Shown here: positions 45,455 through 54,180 of the stretch, one piece after another
Layout: every line of letters begins with the position of its first letter
How positions within the stretch are numbered: position 1 is the stretch's first letter
Assembly (NCBI GenBank): GCA_036229005.1
Contig: JAZAMN010000059.1
Location: 32,001-96,000 of the forward strand
Origin: Myxococcota bacterium
Lineage (GTDB): Bacteria; Myxococcota_A; UBA796; CAJQPC01
Length of the DNA: 64,000 nucleotides
Reading direction: 5' to 3'
The notes under the pieces: generated by a model
What the model saw: only the letters and a program-made list of their open reading frames with translations
Told to the model about the DNA's origin: nothing
Database searches by the model: none
Program-made: the position numbers and the translations under genes

Positions 45455-46864
45455 GTGAGATTCGGCGCGCTCGATTCCCAGATTCAGCACGGGCTGGGCC
45501 GAGCTCTGCGTCGCCTGGACAAGGGGCACAGACAGCTCGCCACCGGCCTGCGCGTCGGGAAGGCCGCGGACGACGCCGCGGGGCTGGCGGTCGCAGAAGG
45601 CCTGCGTGCGGTCGTGCGCTCCAAGCGGGTCGCGCGCAGGAACATCCAGGACGGACTGAGCGCGCTCACCTTGGCGGACTCGGGCATGGCCGAGATCGGG
45701 GAGGCCCTGCACCGGCTCCGGGAGCTCGCGGTACAAGGGGCCAGCGACACCCTGGACAGCGAGCAGCGCCTGGCGCTCCAGTACGAGTCCGAAGAGCTGC
45801 TCACCCACATCAGCGCCATCGCGACGGGCACCACCTGGGAGGGCAAGCCGCTGCTGGCCCAGCGCCTGGTGGACGTGGGCTTGATCATCGACCTGTCCGC
45901 GTCCATGGGCGGCGAGCTCAACAAGGTCAAGCAGGAGATCGCCAACTTCAAGCAGACCTTCGCGACCGCCGGGCTCAACGTCTCGCTGGCGCTGTCGGTG
46001 ATGGGGGTGGACCGCACGGACGGGGTCAGTCGGCTCGTGGACCTGGGCGAGGCAGCGTTCGACCGGAAGCTCGAGGACCTGGCCACCATCGGCGGCTCGG
46101 CCATGGATCCCTACTCGGCGCTGCTGGAGACCTCGGGGGTGGCGGACACCCCGGGAGACGACGATCCCGACGCGCTGGGGTGGCATGAGATCGCCACGCA
46201 GAGGGTGCTGATCGTGGTCAGCGATACCGGTCGGGAGACCAGCTACACCGCGACCAACCAGACGGCCGTCGGCGACGCCCTGGCGGCCGAGGGGATCGAG
46301 GTCCACGCCATCACCCACCCGACTCGGGTCGGGGACTTCTCCACCATCACCGGCACGACCGGGGGCAGCACCTGGAACATCGGGCCACCCACGGGCTCCG
46401 GGATCGCAGGCGCCCTGTCAAGCATCGCGGCCAGCCTGACGGCGCTCCCCCCTGAAGACCCGCTGTCCGTGCAGGCCAGCCATGGCTCCGGCGACGAAGC
46501 GCGCATCGAGCTGGGCGTCCCAGCGAACGTGACCGCGCTGGCGCTGGGGATCGAAGACATGGATCTGACCGACGCGGCGGGCGCCCGGGACGCGCTGGAC
46601 GCGCTGGATGCCGCCCTGGACACGCTGAACTCCTCCCGCTCCAAGGTGGGCGCCAGCGAGAACCGGCTGATCGGAGCGCTCAACCTGGAGTCGCAGGCGG
46701 TCGAGGACCTGTCAGCCGCCGAGTCCCGCATCCGGGACGCGGACTTTGCCCACGCGGCGGCCGATGTGGCGAAGGCGGAGCTCCTGGCCCAGGCCGCGAC
46801 GGGGATCGCCGCCCAGCTCAGGCAGGCGGATGAAGAGGCGATTCGGGCGCTGTTGGCGGGGTAA
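45455..46864 (+). CDS. Flagellin with an inserted von Willebrand factor A domain
   Basis: Flagellin N-region (LATGLRV..AADDAAGL, NIQDG, RLRELAVQ) and C-region (RSKVGASENRL, SRIRDADFA) flank VDVGLIIDLSASM...LIVVSD...GIEVHAI...TGG; GTG start approximate. Confidence 0.85.
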   Translation: MRFGALDSQIQHGLGRALRRLDKGHRQLATGLRVGKAADDAAGLAVAEGLRAVVRSKRVARRNIQDGLSALTLADSGMAEIGEALHRLRELAVQGASDTLDSEQRLALQYESEELLTHISAIATGTTWEGKPLLAQRLVDVGLIIDLSASMGGELNKVKQEIANFKQTFATAGLNVSLALSVMGVDRTDGVSRLVDLGEAAFDRKLEDLATIGGSAMDPYSALLETSGVADTPGDDDPDALGWHEIATQRVLIVVSDTGRETSYTATNQTAVGDALAAEGIEVHAITHPTRVGDFSTITGTTGGSTWNIGPPTGSGIAGALSSIAASLTALPPEDPLSVQASHGSGDEARIELGVPANVTALALGIEDMDLTDAAGARDALDALDAALDTLNSSRSKVGASENRLIGALNLESQAVEDLSAAESRIRDADFAHAAADVAKAELLAQAATGIAAQLRQADEEAIRALLAG

Positions 46865-46874
46865 CGGGCCCCAA

Positions 46875-47138
46875 ATGCGCGCTCTTCGTGAGCTACGCCT
46901 GCTCTATGCGCGCTCTTCGGGAGCTACGCCTGCTCAATGCGCGCTTTTCGGGAGCTACGCCTGCTCAATGCGCGCTTTGAAGTTCCGAGACGCGCACTCA
47001 CCCCCCGTAGCTCCGCAAAGACGCGCACTCACCCCCCGTAGCTCCGAGAAGACGCGCACTCACCCCCCGTAGCTCCGAGAAGACGCGCACTCAGCCCCCG
47101 TAGCTCCGAGAAGACGCGCACTCAGCCCCCGTAGCTCC
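46875..47138. repeat. Inverted arrays of 31-bp tandem repeats (3.3 forward, 5 reverse)
   Basis: ATGCGCGCTCTTCGGGAGCTACGCCTGCTCA about 3.3 times, then AGACGCGCACTCACCCCCCGTAGCTCCGAGA five times; shared core TGCGCG-N7-GGAGCTACG in opposite orientations. Confidence 0.88.
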
Positions 47139-47143
47139 CGGAA

Positions 47144-48058
47144 CTAGCGCTCCGGCGCGTCCCCCGTATCCCCCACCCGCCACGCCGCCGGCACAACGAA
47201 GGCCAGGTAGCACCACAGGATGGCCTCCGAGAATCCGCCCAGGTTCAGGAAGACCCAGATCCCCAGGTGCAGCCCCAGCCCGCCGATGATCATCGGCCAG
47301 CGCAGGCGCCGGAAGAAGATCAGCGGCCAGCCCAGCTCGAACACCAGGGTGCCGTAGGTGGCGGCGATGGAGAACCACTCCATGGCGCGGGTGGCCAGCA
47401 CGTCCTCCATCTGGAAGCGCCAGTAGACCTGGGCGCTCAGGGCGTGCCAGACGGCCTCGCCGGACTGCCAGCGCTCCTGCATGACCTTGATGAGCCCCGT
47501 CTTGACGTAGAGCACGGCGGCCTGGAGCTGGAACAGGCGCAGCGCCCACTTGGAGGGCAGCCCAGGATCCGCCTTCCCCCTGCGCACTCGCAGCCATGCG
47601 TCGAAGGACCAGCTCCGCCCCAGGGGCATGAAGAGCATGTAGAAGCCGAACACCCGCAGGATGGCGTCCGAGCCGTCCGACCAGACCGGGTTGCGGTTGG
47701 CCGCGCTCAGGATGATGAGCCAGGCCAGGGGGAAGGTCACCCGCGTGAAAACGCCCGCGCCGGCCAGGGCCACCATCAGCAGGCCCGTCCCAAAGATGAG
47801 CTGCACACCCTCCAGGCTGCCCACCTGCCAGAGCGGGTTCGCGTAGAGGTTCCAGCGCGCCGGGCTCCAGTTGTCCAGGCGGGCCTGCACGCTGTAGGTG
47901 CCCGCGTCGGTGAGCATCCAGTCCAGCTCGCTGAACATCGGGACGTAGCACCAGAGCGCCAGGAGGGCCCAGCCGATGCGCAGCAGGGCCATGCGGCGCG
48001 GGTCCGTGGGGCCGAACCACCAGCGCTCCCAGGCGCTCCAGGCGGACTTCAGGGACAC
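47144..48058 (-). CDS. HTTM-domain membrane protein (SdpB / vitamin K-dependent carboxylase-like)
   Basis: ALLRI, WSFDA, QAAVLY..TGLIK...WQSGEA, GLHLGI; multiple hydrophobic segments. Confidence 0.8.
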   Translation of the reverse strand: MSLKSAWSAWERWWFGPTDPRRMALLRIGWALLALWCYVPMFSELDWMLTDAGTYSVQARLDNWSPARWNLYANPLWQVGSLEGVQLIFGTGLLMVALAGAGVFTRVTFPLAWLIILSAANRNPVWSDGSDAILRVFGFYMLFMPLGRSWSFDAWLRVRRGKADPGLPSKWALRLFQLQAAVLYVKTGLIKVMQERWQSGEAVWHALSAQVYWRFQMEDVLATRAMEWFSIAATYGTLVFELGWPLIFFRRLRWPMIIGGLGLHLGIWVFLNLGGFSEAILWCYLAFVVPAAWRVGDTGDAPER

Positions 48059-48564
48059 GCCTGCTCCCAGACGACCGTGTCCTTGACGGGCATCTCCGGG
48101 GGTGGCTCCTTGGCCCACTGCTTGCGGCTGCGGTGCTTGACCGCCCGCTTGGTCAGACGCACACCGACCACGTCGTCCGGGGCATTGCGGCACAGCCAGT
48201 CCGCGTACTCCGGGGTGAACTGCTTGGGCTCCTTCTCGAAGGCCACGATGTTGTGGGTCTTGGTCATGCGGTCATAGCCCCAGCGCACGAACCAGCCTTC
48301 GGGCGCCGCGTTGCTGGGCATCAGCTCCACCGTCGAGCCGTCGGCCCGCAGCCCCTCGTGGATCAGCAGCTTGTCCCACTTGTTCGGCTTGCGGAACATG
48401 TTCCACTTCTGCCGCAGCCCCACCCGCGGCAGGGTCTTGGTGGCCAGCTCGTTCAGCCCCAGCGTGTGCTCGGGCCAGGGGCTCACATACGCGCAGACCA
48501 GCACGATGTGGAAGGTGAACAGCAGCGTGAGCGCGCCACGCAGGATGGGGTTTGAAGGCGGCAT
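48049..48564 (-). CDS. SdpA/DUF5819-like membrane-anchored protein
   Basis: N-terminal TM segment then GLRQKWNMF (QxWxMF); overlaps the HTTM gene start. Confidence 0.65.
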   Translation of the reverse strand: MPPSNPILRGALTLLFTFHIVLVCAYVSPWPEHTLGLNELATKTLPRVGLRQKWNMFRKPNKWDKLLIHEGLRADGSTVELMPSNAAPEGWFVRWGYDRMTKTHNIVAFEKEPKQFTPEYADWLCRNAPDDVVGVRLTKRAVKHRSRKQWAKEPPPEMPVKDTVVWEQACP

Positions 48565-48630
48565 CGAGCCCGCGAGGTAACACAACCCGGCCCCAGGCTG
48601 GGGCAGAATGGGGGCCACCCGGGAGCTGCG

Positions 48631-50103
48631 ATGATCGAGAAGCTGCGCGAGCTGGCGGCCCAGCATGACCTCGCCGACACCCACAGCGCCCAGGTGATGG
48701 CGGAGACCCGGGCCTGGGTGGTGGATCCAGGCATCGACGATCCCACCCTCACCGACCTCTCCCACCTCCCCTTCTGCACCATCGACGAGGTGGAGTCCAA
48801 GGACCTGGATCAGGCCCTCTACGTGGAGCAGACGGCGCAGGGCCTGGTGCTCTGGTACGCCATCGCGGACGCGGCCCACTTCGTGCCCCGGGGCTCGGCC
48901 ACCTTCGCCGAGGCGCTGCGGCGGGGCGCGACCTACTACCTCCCGGGCCTGGTCCTGCCGATGCTGCCGCGGGAGCTGAGCGAGGATCTGTGCAGCCTGA
49001 ACGCCGGGGTCCACCGCCGGGCATTGGTCTGGCGCATGCCTCTGAAGAACGACGGCTCCATCGGCGAGGTCACCCTGACGCGCGCCAGGATCCGCTCTCG
49101 GGCAAAGCTGGCGTATGACCACGTGGACCGCTGGCTCAAGCAGGGCACCTGGCCGGAGCTGGACGACGGGGTGCGCGCGAGCCTGGAGCGTCTGCCCGAG
49201 GCCGGCCGCCTGCGCATGCAGCACGCCCAGGAGCGGGACGTCGTGCGCTATCGGCGGCGCCAGTTGGCCTTCTCGCTGTCGCCGGGCGAGGGCATCGCGG
49301 TGTGGACGGACCTGCGCAACGACGTGGAGCGCTACAACGAGCAGCTCTCCCTGCTCTGCAACAGCACGGGCGCGGCGATGCTGATGGCCCGGCCCGACAT
49401 CGCGGGGATCTACCGGGTGCACCCCTCCCCGCCGGGCGACCGGGTGGAGGAGCTGCGGGCCCGCATCGCCGGCCTCTGCGCGCTCCGGGGCCTGAGCGGA
49501 CCCTACCTGTGGGAGGGGCAGAGCCTCGCAGACTATCTGGAGGGGCTGCCCCAGGGCCCTCTGGCCACCGCGATCCACCGCCAGGCAATGGTGGCGAACC
49601 GCGCCAGCACCTTCGCGCCCGAGCCAGCCCCCCACCACGGCGTGGGCGCGGAGGCCTACGGCCGCTTCTCTGCCCCCATGCGCGAGGTCGTCGGGGTCTA
49701 CCTCCACGCCGAACTGCTGGGCCTGGCGGCGCCCGACACCGCCCTCCGCGACCAGGTCATCGAGGCGAGCAACCAGGCCCGCCAGACCCAGAAGACCCTG
49801 GACAAGGCCGTGAACCTGATGGCCATCGACGCCCTGTTCCAGCGGGACGTGGACCAGGGCGCGCCCCCCAGACTGGGGACCGTGGTGGGCATCACGCGCT
49901 CGCGGGTGCACCTGCAGATGGACGACCCCGCCATCGAGCTCAAGGCCTACGCGCAGGACCTGAGCTGGGCGCTGGTCCCCCACGAGAGCGGGGCCGCCGC
50001 GATGGCGCCGGACGGGAGCGTCCGGCTGGCGCTTGGAGACCGGGCGCGCGCCCGCGTGCTCGGCAAGGAGGGGGAGCGCTGGCGCCTGGACATCGTCGAC
50101 TGA
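48631..50103 (+). CDS. RNB-domain ribonuclease (RNase II/R family)
   Basis: TIDEVESKDLDQA, YAIADA, RGATYYLP, LCSL, FSAPMR. Confidence 0.88.
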   Translation: MIEKLRELAAQHDLADTHSAQVMAETRAWVVDPGIDDPTLTDLSHLPFCTIDEVESKDLDQALYVEQTAQGLVLWYAIADAAHFVPRGSATFAEALRRGATYYLPGLVLPMLPRELSEDLCSLNAGVHRRALVWRMPLKNDGSIGEVTLTRARIRSRAKLAYDHVDRWLKQGTWPELDDGVRASLERLPEAGRLRMQHAQERDVVRYRRRQLAFSLSPGEGIAVWTDLRNDVERYNEQLSLLCNSTGAAMLMARPDIAGIYRVHPSPPGDRVEELRARIAGLCALRGLSGPYLWEGQSLADYLEGLPQGPLATAIHRQAMVANRASTFAPEPAPHHGVGAEAYGRFSAPMREVVGVYLHAELLGLAAPDTALRDQVIEASNQARQTQKTLDKAVNLMAIDALFQRDVDQGAPPRLGTVVGITRSRVHLQMDDPAIELKAYAQDLSWALVPHESGAAAMAPDGSVRLALGDRARARVLGKEGERWRLDIVD

Positions 50104-50109
50104 GGCGCC

Positions 50110-50141
50110 GGGCTCAGGGGCTCAGGGCTCAGGGGCTCAGG
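50110..50141. repeat. Short GGGCTCA(G) tandem repeat at a convergent junction
   Basis: Four copies; the last supplies the stop codon of the minus-strand gene. Confidence 0.7.
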
Positions 50142-51675
50142 GCATCCACTCCGCGACCCAGCGGCGGGTCCCCGCGTCCCAGAGCTGCAGGGCGACCCAG
50201 GCGAGCATCGAGCCCAGCGCCCCGACCCGCATCCAGATGGGGACGTGCACGCCCGCGGGGTCGTAGCCAAGCCCCAGGCCCTCGCTCGCGAAGAAGGCCG
50301 CGACGACCATGACCAGCCCCAGGGCGAAGGCCCCGACCGCCCGCAGCCAGCCCCGCTCGCGCACCGCCTGGCTCCAGAAGCCCGGCCGCAGCAGCAGCGG
50401 GCCGGCCACCAGGAAGGCGACCGCGAAGGCCGGCCGCAGGGTCTCGGGGCCCAGCGCGACGCTGACCGGGGCGAGGGCCATGCCCTGGGCAGCGATGGGC
50501 AGCAGCGCGGCGGCGCCGAGTCCGCCCAGCGTCCCGGTGACCTCGCTTGCGTGCAGCAGCCCTGCCAGCAGGGCCGCGCCCACGAGTGGAGGGGTGAACC
50601 ACAGGGGCCCGGGGTCCTCCTCGAGCGCACCTCCCGCTCCCCCCAAGAGCGCGCTCAGCAGCAGCCCTTGGACCAGCAGGGCGCCCGCGGCCAGCATCGT
50701 GAGCTCCCAGCCCCACAGCCCCAGCCCGACGAACACCAACACCGGCGAGAGCGCCAGGCCACCGCTGCGCTGCCAGAAGCGCGCACCCACCGGGCCCACC
50801 CTCGCCCGCCCCCAGAGATCTCCCCGGGAGAATCCCCGCCCGGTCCCCGCCATCAGGGGGGCGCCGATGACGCTCAGCGTGGCCCCGAGCAGGGCCCAGG
50901 GCGCCAGGGTCAGCAGGACCTGGAGGGTGGACTTCCACTGCGGGACGTGCGCCAGCTCAGGCTCGTGTCCGTGACCATGTCCCACCCCCGCGAGCAGCAC
51001 TGCGGGCAGGGCGAGCCCAGCGATCGTGGCGCCCAGGTCCAGCCAGCGCTCGCCGGGAGTGGTGGGGAGATCGGCCAGCAGGTCGTGGCTGAGCAGGTTG
51101 ATCAGCATGCCGGCCAGCAGCGCGCCGACGTAGACCTCCAGGCCGCCGAGCGCCTCCAGGAGCCAGCCCCCCGCCCCGGCTCCGACCAGCGAAACCACCA
51201 GCAGGATGGCCGCCCGACTGAGCGCCGAGACCCGACCATCGTGGGCCGCATATCCCAGGACGACGGCCGCGATCAGAGGGGCTGTGTGGGCGGACAGCGC
51301 CAGAAGCACACCCCACCCCGACTCTCCGAGCTGCGCCGCCGCTGCGATCTGGGCACCTTCGAGGAGCTGGTGACCTGCCAGCGCCAGGAAGCCCAGGGTG
51401 ACCTGTGCGCCGTGGGCGTGCTTCTGTCCTTTGGGGGTGAACAGGCGCCCCACCACGGCCGGCAACGCGACGCCTGCGGCGACCAACCCCAGCGCGGGCA
51501 GCCCCAGCTCCTCCAGGGAGTGCGGCAGCAGGGCCCCCAGGACCACGACCAGCGCGGCCACGACGGCGAAGGTCCGCAGCGCCCCCAGCACCCGCTTGGG
51601 GATGGCGACGGGCAGCATCCCCAGCGCCGCACCCAGCAGCACCGGAACGCCAGCCATGATGAGGGCTGTGTTCAT
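50137..51675 (-). CDS. Multi-pass membrane protein, probable metal permease (ZIP-like N-half)
   Basis: HQLLEG and AHTAP resemble the ZIP HxxxEG/HxxP motifs; GHGHGH linker; downstream of cutA. Confidence 0.65.
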   Translation of the reverse strand: MNTALIMAGVPVLLGAALGMLPVAIPKRVLGALRTFAVVAALVVVLGALLPHSLEELGLPALGLVAAGVALPAVVGRLFTPKGQKHAHGAQVTLGFLALAGHQLLEGAQIAAAAQLGESGWGVLLALSAHTAPLIAAVVLGYAAHDGRVSALSRAAILLVVSLVGAGAGGWLLEALGGLEVYVGALLAGMLINLLSHDLLADLPTTPGERWLDLGATIAGLALPAVLLAGVGHGHGHEPELAHVPQWKSTLQVLLTLAPWALLGATLSVIGAPLMAGTGRGFSRGDLWGRARVGPVGARFWQRSGGLALSPVLVFVGLGLWGWELTMLAAGALLVQGLLLSALLGGAGGALEEDPGPLWFTPPLVGAALLAGLLHASEVTGTLGGLGAAALLPIAAQGMALAPVSVALGPETLRPAFAVAFLVAGPLLLRPGFWSQAVRERGWLRAVGAFALGLVMVVAAFFASEGLGLGYDPAGVHVPIWMRVGALGSMLAWVALQLWDAGTRRWVAEWMP

Positions 51676-51749
51676 TCCGCCCAGCTATCCGGGGGCGGTG
51701 GTGTCCGCGACCTGGATGCGATTGCGATGGCATTGGAGGGGGAGGACGA

Positions 51750-52067
51750 TCAGGGGGCGCGGGTGTTGTCCCGAACCCACTGCACGTAGGGGGTGTGGCT
51801 GGCGTCCACGTCCACGGGCAGCACCAGGACCTCCGGGAGCTCATAGGGGTGGAGCTCGAGCAGGCGCTCCCGGGTGGCCTGCACCCGCTGCTCCGACACC
51901 TTGATGATCAGCGTGAGTTCGGTGTCCTCGCAGAGCTGTCCATTCCAGATGTAGACGCTGCGGACGGGCGGGAGCACGTTGACACAGGCCGCGAGTCGGG
52001 CCTCCACCAGGGCCTTCGCGATGCGCGGTCCGGCCTCGGGGGGAACATTACAGAGCATGACACGCAC
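51750..52067 (-). CDS. cutA: Divalent-cation tolerance protein CutA
   Basis: LVEARLAACVN, SVYIWNG, LHPYELPE, YVQWV. Confidence 0.93.
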   Translation of the reverse strand: MRVMLCNVPPEAGPRIAKALVEARLAACVNVLPPVRSVYIWNGQLCEDTELTLIIKVSEQRVQATRERLLELHPYELPEVLVLPVDVDASHTPYVQWVRDNTRAP

Positions 52068-52101
52068 GGCATTTCTCCGGGCCAGTTCCCCTTACCGGGG
52101 G

Positions 52102-52128
52102 TAAGCTGAGAGCGAACGTAGCCGATGT
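52102..52128 (+). promoter_or_regulatory. Possible sigma28 (FliA-type) promoter
   Basis: TAAG-N15-GCCGATGT versus consensus TAAA-N15-GCCGATAA, ending 7 nt before ATG 52136. Confidence 0.35.
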
Positions 52129-52135
52129 AGCAAGC

Positions 52136-53203
52136 ATGTCCTCCTTCAAACCTGTGCTGATCACCAACGAAGATCCCCAGCCCTCACAAGAGAGCGCGGG
52201 TCCGGTGCGCATCCGGTTGAGGGCAGCGGGAGAGGAGGCCCCTCCCCGCCAGCAGGACCAGATCTACGACGGCCGCTTCCGCCTGCAGACCTGCCTTGAG
52301 CGCCGCGGCGGCATCGAGAAGTGGCTGGCCCTCAAGGAGCCGATGGTCCGGCGCGTCTACCTGGAGGTCCTCACCGAGAGCGGTGAGCGCGCCGACGCCT
52401 TCCTCATGGACGCCGGCGCCCTGGCGCAGATCAAGCACGTCAACCTGTGCAAGGTGTTCGACCTTGGGCGCTCGGATGACGGCAGCACCTGGCGCTCCCT
52501 CGAGGTCATGCACGGCCTGAGCCTGCGCGAACTGCTCAACAAGGGCCCCATGGCGCGCAACCGCCTGCGCGCACTGGTCCGCGATGTGGTGGACGGCATG
52601 GCCGCGCTCCACAGCTCCGGGGTGATCCACGGAAACCTCACCGCCGAGGCTGTCCTGCTCGAACAGGACGTCGACGACGAGGAGGTCGCCCGCATCACCG
52701 CCTTCGGGACCCACGGCGCCGCGAACCCCGCGCTCCGCACCCCAGAAGACCAGACCGACACCATGGCGGCGGATGTGTGGGCGATCGGCCTGCTCATCCA
52801 CCAGGCCGCCACCGGCAAGCGCCCCCGCAACGGCCGCATCGACGAGAACCTGCCGGACGGCCTGCGCCAGGTGGTCGAGGGCTGCCTGGCCCCTGTCGAG
52901 CAGCGCTACCCCGACGCCCTGGCGGTCCAGAAGGCGCTGCCCTTCCGCTCGGTCGAGGTCTCCTCGGACGCCGCACCGCCTCCCCCCATGGTGATGCCCG
53001 GCACCACTCTGGGGCCGGCGACCTCGACCATCATCGAGCCCCCCGCCATCGACCCGGTGCTCCCCGCGCCCGCAGCGGCCCAGGAGCAGCCCCAGGAGTC
53101 GGCGGAGCCCGAGAGCTTCGCCCAGCCCTGGCTCATGGCGGTCGCCAGCGGGCTGATCGGCGGCCTGGTCGCCGGACTCGTGCTCAAGATGCTGACCTCC
53201 TGA
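52136..53203 (+). CDS. Ser/Thr kinase-fold pseudokinase with C-terminal TM anchor
   Basis: HVNL..VFDLG, IHGNL, ITAFG, ADVWAIG; Pro-rich linker and terminal TM helix. Confidence 0.8.
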   Translation: MSSFKPVLITNEDPQPSQESAGPVRIRLRAAGEEAPPRQQDQIYDGRFRLQTCLERRGGIEKWLALKEPMVRRVYLEVLTESGERADAFLMDAGALAQIKHVNLCKVFDLGRSDDGSTWRSLEVMHGLSLRELLNKGPMARNRLRALVRDVVDGMAALHSSGVIHGNLTAEAVLLEQDVDDEEVARITAFGTHGAANPALRTPEDQTDTMAADVWAIGLLIHQAATGKRPRNGRIDENLPDGLRQVVEGCLAPVEQRYPDALAVQKALPFRSVEVSSDAAPPPPMVMPGTTLGPATSTIIEPPAIDPVLPAPAAAQEQPQESAEPESFAQPWLMAVASGLIGGLVAGLVLKMLTS

Positions 53204-53219
53204 GCGAGCCCGAGCGGTC

Positions 53220-54089
53220 TCAGCCCTGAACCCGGCGCAGCAGCGCCTCCGCCAGCTCTTCGGCTGCTTGCGGCCTGTGCCTGAAGAACAGGCTGGGCTC
53301 AACAAGCTCGAGCTCGGTCAGCAGGAGCTGTCCCTTCTTGCCGCGCAGGAAGTCCACCCGCGCGTACAGCAGCGGCTGCTCCAGCTCCAGGACCTTGGCG
53401 GTGGCGGCCAGGGTCTTGATGCACAGGGCCACCGTCTTGGGCGCGAGGTCCACGGGCCGGTCGGTGCCGCCGTGGTCGTCCTGAACGCGGTAGTCCCCCT
53501 TGGGCGGCAGCTTCTGCACGCCGTGGGAGAGGCGCCCGTCGATGAAGATCGCGGAGAGCTCGCCCTCCAGCTCGACGCTGTCCAGGTAGGGCTGGAGCAT
53601 CACGTCCTCGCTGCGGAGCATGCGCTTGATGTGCGCCTCGGCCTTGGGGAGCTCGGCCTCCGAAAAGCGCAGGGTCTCCCGGGCGGCCGCTCCGATCTGC
53701 GGCTTGATGAAGCCCCGCTCCCAGCCCGGCCAGATGAACTCCAGGTTCAGGTCCTGGTAGCGGTCCAGCCAGATGGTCGGGATGGTGGGGATCTTCTCTT
53801 TTGCCAAGGCGCGCAGGTAGGACTTGTCCGCGCTCCACTGCACCACCTTGGGTGGGTTGTGGAGCTTGTCCCCCACCCGCTCCACCCAGGCCAGGAACTC
53901 CCGGTGCTTGGTGGAGTAGTCCCAGGTGGTGCGGATCAGGACCGCGTCGAACTGCTCCCAGTCCACCTGGGGGTCGTCCCAGACGGGGATGGACAGCTCC
54001 ACCCCCCGCGCCCGAAAGGCGGCGTGCAGCGGGTGATCATCCACCTCCCAGTCGGGGAGCTCCTGACACGTGGCCAGTGCGATGCGCAT
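53220..54089 (-). CDS. RimK/glutathione synthetase-like ATP-grasp protein
   Basis: IRTTWDY, DKSYL, IKP, LQPY, YARVD, ELELVEPSLF. Confidence 0.85.
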   Translation of the reverse strand: MRIALATCQELPDWEVDDHPLHAAFRARGVELSIPVWDDPQVDWEQFDAVLIRTTWDYSTKHREFLAWVERVGDKLHNPPKVVQWSADKSYLRALAKEKIPTIPTIWLDRYQDLNLEFIWPGWERGFIKPQIGAAARETLRFSEAELPKAEAHIKRMLRSEDVMLQPYLDSVELEGELSAIFIDGRLSHGVQKLPPKGDYRVQDDHGGTDRPVDLAPKTVALCIKTLAATAKVLELEQPLLYARVDFLRGKKGQLLLTELELVEPSLFFRHRPQAAEELAEALLRRVQG

Positions 54090-54180
54090 TGCGGTCTCCG
54101 AGTACGTCCGCAGACATCCTCACACAAGCACACCACGAAAGCAATTTGCAAGCCCCCCGCCCAGAGCCTGCGCTGGCCGA

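Noticed and set aside
46875..47138. CRISPR array
   Set aside because: Head-to-tail 31-bp units with no spacers and a switch of orientation; no cas genes.
48770..48820. Inactive RNase because of DLDQA instead of DxDDA
   Set aside because: The other acidic residues are retained and I recall this variant in other RNB proteins; not enough to call it dead.
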